DNA from: Patescibacteria group bacterium
Lineage (GTDB): Bacteria; Patescibacteriota; Patescibacteriia; Magasanikbacterales; GWA2-37-8
Assembly: GCA_022710645.1 (NCBI GenBank)
Contig: JAKLGL010000001.1
Span: 274,712-338,711 of the forward strand
Reading direction: 5' to 3'
DNA: 64,000 bases
Shown piece by piece: positions 60,882 through 64,000 of the stretch (position 1 is the stretch's first letter; each line of letters starts with the position of its first letter). The notes beneath the pieces are model-generated. The model had not been told where the DNA came from. It made no database searches and saw only the letters and a program-made list of their open reading frames with translations. The position numbers and the translations under genes were made by a program.

Positions 60882-61634
60882 CTAAGCACTGGCGGTTTTT
60901 CCGCCTGATATTTCAACTTTTTCAAGATAAAGTCCGGTTTTGAACACGCTCGCCGGTTCAAAGTTCGGATCTTTATTCAAACAGAGATCCAATTGTTTCA
61001 AACAAGATTCACTATCCCCCATCTGGTGAAGAATAACAGCGTAATAATAACGCAGCATCAAATAGTGAGGAAAACGAACCAAGATATTTTCAGCATAAGC
61101 GCGAGCCTCTGTTAAACTTTTCATCCGAACAACAATCGCGGCATGGAAAAAAGGATCTTCAGCAAACAAGAGTCCTTGTTTACTATATTTGACCACTTGT
61201 TCTTCTTTTTCAAGAAGAACGCAACACCCAACAGCCAATTTTGCAATCTCGACTTTCGTCTGATTGTCGGAAAACTGATGTCTCAAAGCCGCATCAAAAT
61301 GCTTCAGAGCCTTTTCTGGCTCATTGCGTTGATACAATAAATTCCCGATATCAAAATGGATATTGTGTCGAACAAACATTTCCGGTATCCTCACTAACAA
61401 AAGACACTGCTCCAGATCTGAAAGGGTTTGGTCGATTTTTTTCTGAAATCTGAATGCCAAACTTCTACCAAGAAAAGCTTGAACAGCCATACCAACACTA
61501 GCTTCTTCTTTGGAAAAAGCTTCGATAATTTTACCAAAGAACCGTTCTGCGGTGATAAATTCCTTTTTGTCAATACACCCATAACCTTGTTGAAGATTTT
61601 CAAAACATTTGTTGTCGTCCATGGCTATCCCCAT
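60882..61634 (-). CDS. TPR-like helical-repeat protein
   Basis: Helical-repeat pattern only. Confidence 0.45.
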   Translation of the reverse strand: MGIAMDDNKCFENLQQGYGCIDKKEFITAERFFGKIIEAFSKEEASVGMAVQAFLGRSLAFRFQKKIDQTLSDLEQCLLLVRIPEMFVRHNIHFDIGNLLYQRNEPEKALKHFDAALRHQFSDNQTKVEIAKLAVGCCVLLEKEEQVVKYSKQGLLFAEDPFFHAAIVVRMKSLTEARAYAENILVRFPHYLMLRYYYAVILHQMGDSESCLKQLDLCLNKDPNFEPASVFKTGLYLEKVEISGGKTASA

Positions 61635-61839
61635 TAAAGAATGTTTTTAAGGAACTACGATAGCGCATAATATCACAAAATAAAATAATGTCAATCATCA
61701 AACAAGTTTTTTGGCTTTATTTAGCTATAAAAACAAGTGTATATTTACCTTGACTAATCTCTAACTTTATGCTAATATACTTAGCGTAAATCGGCTAACA
61801 GGCCGTTTTTAAATTCACCCGGTTAATAATTAAAAATCT

Positions 61840-62025
61840 ATGGACAAACTAATCCAATATTTCAAGGATTCTTACGCCGAGATGAAAAAAGTCACTTGGC
61901 CGACCAAAAAACAAACCATCAATTACAGCGCCCTGGTTATCGCTTTGAGCGTTGGAATGGCAGTGTTTTTTTCCGTTTTGGACTATGTGTTCAACCTGGG
62001 TTTAACCAAACTCATCACTCAGTAA
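61840..62025 (+). CDS. secE: Preprotein translocase subunit SecE
   Basis: 61 aa with a single C-terminal TM. Sits immediately upstream of nusG. Confidence 0.75.
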   Translation: MDKLIQYFKDSYAEMKKVTWPTKKQTINYSALVIALSVGMAVFFSVLDYVFNLGLTKLITQ

Positions 62026-62060
62026 TTTTTATCAGTAATCTATTTTAAGGAGATAATAAT

Positions 62061-62606
62061 ATGGCCAAACAAACAATGAATCTTGGTCGCCGCTGGTATG
62101 TACTGCATACTTATAGCGGTTATGAAGAAAATGTAAAACACAATTTGGAACAAAGAATCGCTTCTTTTGACATGCAGGATAAAATTTTCAATATTTTGGT
62201 ACCAAAAGAAAAGAAAATAAAAATCAAAAACGGCAAACGCACTACTGTGGAAGAAAAAATCTTTCCAGGTTATGTACTTTGCGAGATGATTGTTACCGAT
62301 GATTCTTGGTATGTAGTTCGCAACACTCCTAATGTTACCGGCTTTGTCGGTTCAGGTACAACCCCGACTCCGATAGATCAAAAAGAAATAGAAGGTCTGA
62401 TGAAAAGAGTTATGGCCGAACATGCACAACAAAAAATAGATATGGAAGTCAATGACATCGTTCGCATAGTAGACGGGCCTTTCAAAAATTTTGAAGGTAA
62501 AGTCAGTCATGTTGACGAGGAACGTGGCAAAATAAAAGTTATGGTTACCATGTTTGGTCGTGAAACTCCGGTGGAATTGGATGCCTTACAAGCAAAAAAG
62601 ATTTAA
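62061..62606 (+). CDS. nusG: Transcription termination/antitermination factor NusG
   Basis: RWYVLHTYSGYE NGN domain. C-terminal KOW. Confidence 0.9.
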   Translation: MAKQTMNLGRRWYVLHTYSGYEENVKHNLEQRIASFDMQDKIFNILVPKEKKIKIKNGKRTTVEEKIFPGYVLCEMIVTDDSWYVVRNTPNVTGFVGSGTTPTPIDQKEIEGLMKRVMAEHAQQKIDMEVNDIVRIVDGPFKNFEGKVSHVDEERGKIKVMVTMFGRETPVELDALQAKKI

Positions 62607-62671
62607 TAAAAAAATTTTCAAATTACCGCCCCGCTAAGCGGGGGCTTCTCGGTAGATATAAATAAACTAAT

Positions 62672-63094
62672 ATGGCAAAAAAAGTATTAACCCAAATCAA
62701 ATTGCAAATCATTGGTGGTGCGGCCAACCCAGCCCCGCCAGTCGGTCCGGCTCTCGGTCAACATGGTGTAAACATCGCCGGTTTTTGCAAAGAATTCAAT
62801 GACAAAACTCAAGATAAAAAAGGTGAGGTCGTCCCGGTAGTTATTACCGTTTATGATGATAGAAGTTTTTCTTTCATCACCAAAATCGCGCCTATGGCCG
62901 AATTAATCAAAAAAACCGCCAAACTTTCCAAAGGTTCTTCCAAACCTTTGCAAGAAAAAGTCGGTAAATTGACCAAAGCTCAAGTTCGCGAAATTGCTGA
63001 GAAAAAAATGCCCGATCTTAATGCCAATGATATCGAAGGCGCAATGAAATTGGTAGAAGGCACCGCCAGACAAATGGGAGTAACGATTGAATAA
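62672..63094 (+). CDS. rplK: 50S ribosomal protein L11
   Basis: [14 protein letters not shown] motif. Confidence 0.95.
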   Translation: MAKKVLTQIKLQIIGGAANPAPPVGPALGQHGVNIAGFCKEFNDKTQDKKGEVVPVVITVYDDRSFSFITKIAPMAELIKKTAKLSKGSSKPLQEKVGKLTKAQVREIAEKKMPDLNANDIEGAMKLVEGTARQMGVTIE

Positions 63095-63097
63095 GCC

Positions 63098-63218
63098 GAA
63101 AGTCCATAAAGTCCGTAAAGTCAAAAAGAAAATTAAAAAACTTTCCCATTTGGGAAAGTTTTTTAATACTTTTTAAAAAGACTTTACAGACTTTAAGGAC
63201 TTTACGACTTTACAGACT
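63098..63218. repeat. Gene-less family-A inverted-repeat element enclosing the rplK terminator hairpin
   Basis: AGTCCATAAAGTCCGTAAAGTC ... [ACTTTCCCATTTGGGAAAGT-TTTTT] ... GACTTTACAGACTTTAAGGACTTTACGACTTTACAGACT. Confidence 0.55.
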
Positions 63219-64000
63219 AATATATCATCATCGCATCGCCAAAACTAAAAAACCTGTAATCTTCTTTTACCGCCTCTTCATAACATTTCAAAATAAATTC
63301 CCTATCTCTCGCAAAGGCGCACACAAGCATCAACAAAGTGCTTTTTGGTAAATGAAAATTAGTTATCAAAACATCTACGACTTTAAATTTAAAGCCGGGA
63401 ATAATAAATAAATTTATATCCCCCTGAAAAGGCTTGATAACTCTTTTTTCGTTTTGATCATCTTTAATCGTGCCGGCAACACCTTCCAAAGTTCGTACTG
63501 TGGTTGTACCGACCGCTATTATTCTTCTACCTTCGGCTTTGGCGTTATTTATCAAAGAAGCGTTTTTATCCGTAATTTCAACCCATTCATGATGCATTTT
63601 GTGAGATTCCAATTTTTCAGTTTTTACAGGTTGAAAAGTGCCCAAACCGACATGCAAAGTAACTTCAGCAAATTCAACTCCTTTTTGTTTTATTTTTTCA
63701 ATCAATTCAGGAGTAAAATGAAAACCTGCGGTAGGAGCTGCTACCGAACCTTCATTTTTAGCATAAACAGTTTGATATTTTTCCACCAATTCATCTTGAG
63801 TCGTGTTCATATTTTTAATATACGGCGGTGTCGGCACTTCTCCATATTTATTGGCTTTGGCTCGAATATTAACATCGCTATCGTTAAAATCAACTAAAAC
63901 AGTACCATCGCTATCTTTAAACAAAACTTCAGCGGAAAAATCCGGACCAAAAACTATTTTCATTCCTAAGCGCAAACGTTTGCCGGGTTTGGCCAACACT
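63217..64000 (-). CDS. queA: S-adenosylmethionine:tRNA ribosyltransferase-isomerase (C-terminal approx. 260 aa; N-terminus beyond the window)
   Basis: Conserved QueA C-terminal region (TAGFHFTPEL, HVGLGTFQPV). The ORF runs off the 3' edge. Confidence 0.85.
   Translation of the reverse strand, partial: VLAKPGKRLRLGMKIVFGPDFSAEVLFKDSDGTVLVDFNDSDVNIRAKANKYGEVPTPPYIKNMNTTQDELVEKYQTVYAKNEGSVAAPTAGFHFTPELIEKIKQKGVEFAEVTLHVGLGTFQPVKTEKLESHKMHHEWVEITDKNASLINNAKAEGRRIIAVGTTTVRTLEGVAGTIKDDQNEKRVIKPFQGDINLFIIPGFKFKVVDVLITNFHLPKSTLLMLVCAFARDREFILKCYEEAVKEDYRFFSFGDAMMIY

Overview
This 64-kb window is a low-GC contig that I read as Patescibacteria/CPR-like; that assignment is an inference from AT-rich codons, a streamlined core-gene set, abundant 'four-helix-bundle' genes and a giant surface protein, and it is not verified. 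Most of the window is housekeeping on both strands. Lower glycolysis: two tandem gpmI paralogs, eno, pgk and gap. Translation: aspS, tsf, rpsB, rpmE, prfA, prmC, bL25, secE-nusG-rplK and queA (partial at the 3' edge). Chromosome maintenance: scpA/scpB, gyrB and uvrA/uvrB/uvrC, plus a SEDS FtsW/RodA gene, a PBP5-like D-Ala-D-Ala carboxypeptidase, rsmE and an rlmI-like methyltransferase. Accessory content includes a CHASE2 class-III nucleotidyl cyclase with a FecR-domain neighbour, an SPFH/band-7 gene, a DHH/DHHA1 protein with degenerate motifs, DUF3048, DUF4870, transglutaminase-like and SIMPL proteins, and many small orphan genes each with its own consensus sigma70 promoter and rho-independent terminator. 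The most striking locus is a minus-strand operon at 789-13695. It encodes a 1,054-aa polytopic membrane protein (TrbL/VirB6-like N-terminal domain plus a long coiled-coil tail), a 300-aa protein and a 2,753-aa Cys-rich secreted giant protein. A PF05635-type four-helix-bundle gene flanked by inverted repeats is inserted between the last two genes. A second four-helix-bundle gene is bracketed by a different inverted-repeat family, and each repeat family also has a gene-less copy elsewhere in the window. A third family of GC-rich composite palindromic elements (GTCATYCTGARCG arms with a CCTGCCTGCCGGCAGGCAGG core) occurs in at least five intergenic sites and apparently once in-frame inside prmC. 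No rRNA, tRNA or CRISPR array was recognised by eye. All coordinates below follow the supplied six-frame ORF track unless noted; several track ORFs begin at TTG and the true start is probably an internal ATG.
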